A DNA stretch of 64,000 bases from Eledone cirrhosa. Taxonomy: Eukaryota. Below the pieces are notes generated by a model. The model worked only from the letters and a program-made list of their open reading frames with translations. It was not told the origin of the DNA and searched no databases. The stretch's first letter is position 1. Each line of letters opens with the position of its first letter. The translations under genes and the position numbers were made by a program. The stretch spans positions 372,744,001 to 372,808,000 of the forward strand of contig OZ024741.1 of the NCBI GenBank assembly GCA_964016885.1. Direction: 5' to 3'. Shown here one piece after another: positions 63,187 to 64,000 of the stretch.

Positions 63187-64000
63187 TTACCATTTTATAT
63201 AGCTCTGATTAATAATTATTTGTTTAATTAATTTTTTCATTGAGCCACACCATGAAAGGTAGCCACACTCATATATGTATCTGTGTCTAAATATATACAT
63301 ACATATCCCTATGAATTTATTCTATACTTCTGTTCGGTCGAGTAAACCTTAGGCAGTATCTAACTCTTCATTCTAGCAGCCACCCGGCCTGCCATTCACA
63401 ACCTTCTACTTTGACCGCTGGCCACGTGATAATTCTTACCCATTTTGAATTCATTTCTGGCGGCGATCACTACAGAAGTTTTAGTCCTAACTTGAGGGGT
63501 CTCTTGAGAAGCTCAAAACCTCATGGATAATACCAGAATTGGACATATCCACAAAGTACGAGCGAAACTATCGATAGTCGGAACTAGAAGAATTTTGGTA
63601 AAGTTTATATACATTTTTTCTTCAAACTTACATTTTAGACTTAGCTCCTTTTAATTGAGTATTTGTCTAGTTAATTTCTATGGGCTAAGAAGAAAGACTA
63701 GGTAAATTTTATCTGACTGTTCCTCGCAGGGGATAGTCTGTGTCATTTATCTGTTATTTCTTCGAAGTTACATTTTAAACTTAGCTCTGTTTAAATGATT
63801 AATTATCTAGTTAATTTCTACAGACTAGGGAGAAGAAAAATTGGGTATATATATATATTTATAGTAATAATAATAAATTTGAAGACTAAAATCCAAAGAG
63901 GGCTCGATAAGGATAAATATATATCAAATATATAAGAACCATAGAGCAAATATTTATTAAAATAGCAGATTAAAGTTTAAGCAAAGAATCGCTGCTTTCA

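Noticed and set aside
35551-64000. Expected PDE4 UCR2 exons (e.g. FKRMLNRELS..., LEELDWCLDQLE...)
   Set aside because: Not found by manual reading of the minus strand; presumably beyond the window, though a short diverged exon could have been missed.

Overview
AT-rich, repeat-dense animal genomic DNA. The SINE, microsatellite and LINE landscape suggests an octopus or other coleoid cephalopod (inference). The only host gene is the 3' part of a cAMP-specific phosphodiesterase PDE4 (dunce family) on the minus strand. It has 8 GT-AG exons (35550 down to a stop at 4249) that splice in frame and encode linker region 2, the whole catalytic domain and the C-tail (about 453 aa). I found no UCR1/UCR2 exons, so they probably lie beyond 64000. 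The introns contain a 5'-truncated L1/Tx1-type LINE with an uninterrupted 753-aa RT ORF, an internally deleted Helitron with both termini, and RTE, CR1, CRE-like, Ingi/Vingi-like, Gypsy and Penelope-like remnants. They also contain many tRNA-SINEs, piggyBac/hAT/Tc1 MITEs, a 4.5-kb 47-bp minisatellite born inside a SINE, and an 11.6-kb nested higher-order tandem repeat. The most interesting leads are: (1) a structured HDV-ribozyme-like motif in two diverged retroelement 5' ends; (2) minimal hammerhead motifs in an inverted Penelope-like repeat; (3) an intronic CRE cluster plus a candidate Met-only alternative first exon, suggesting a cAMP-inducible UCR-less PDE4; (4) a LINE and a SINE sharing a 3' end and a target site; (5) long SINE hairpins in the pre-mRNA. 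All were read by eye; no searches or folding programs were run.
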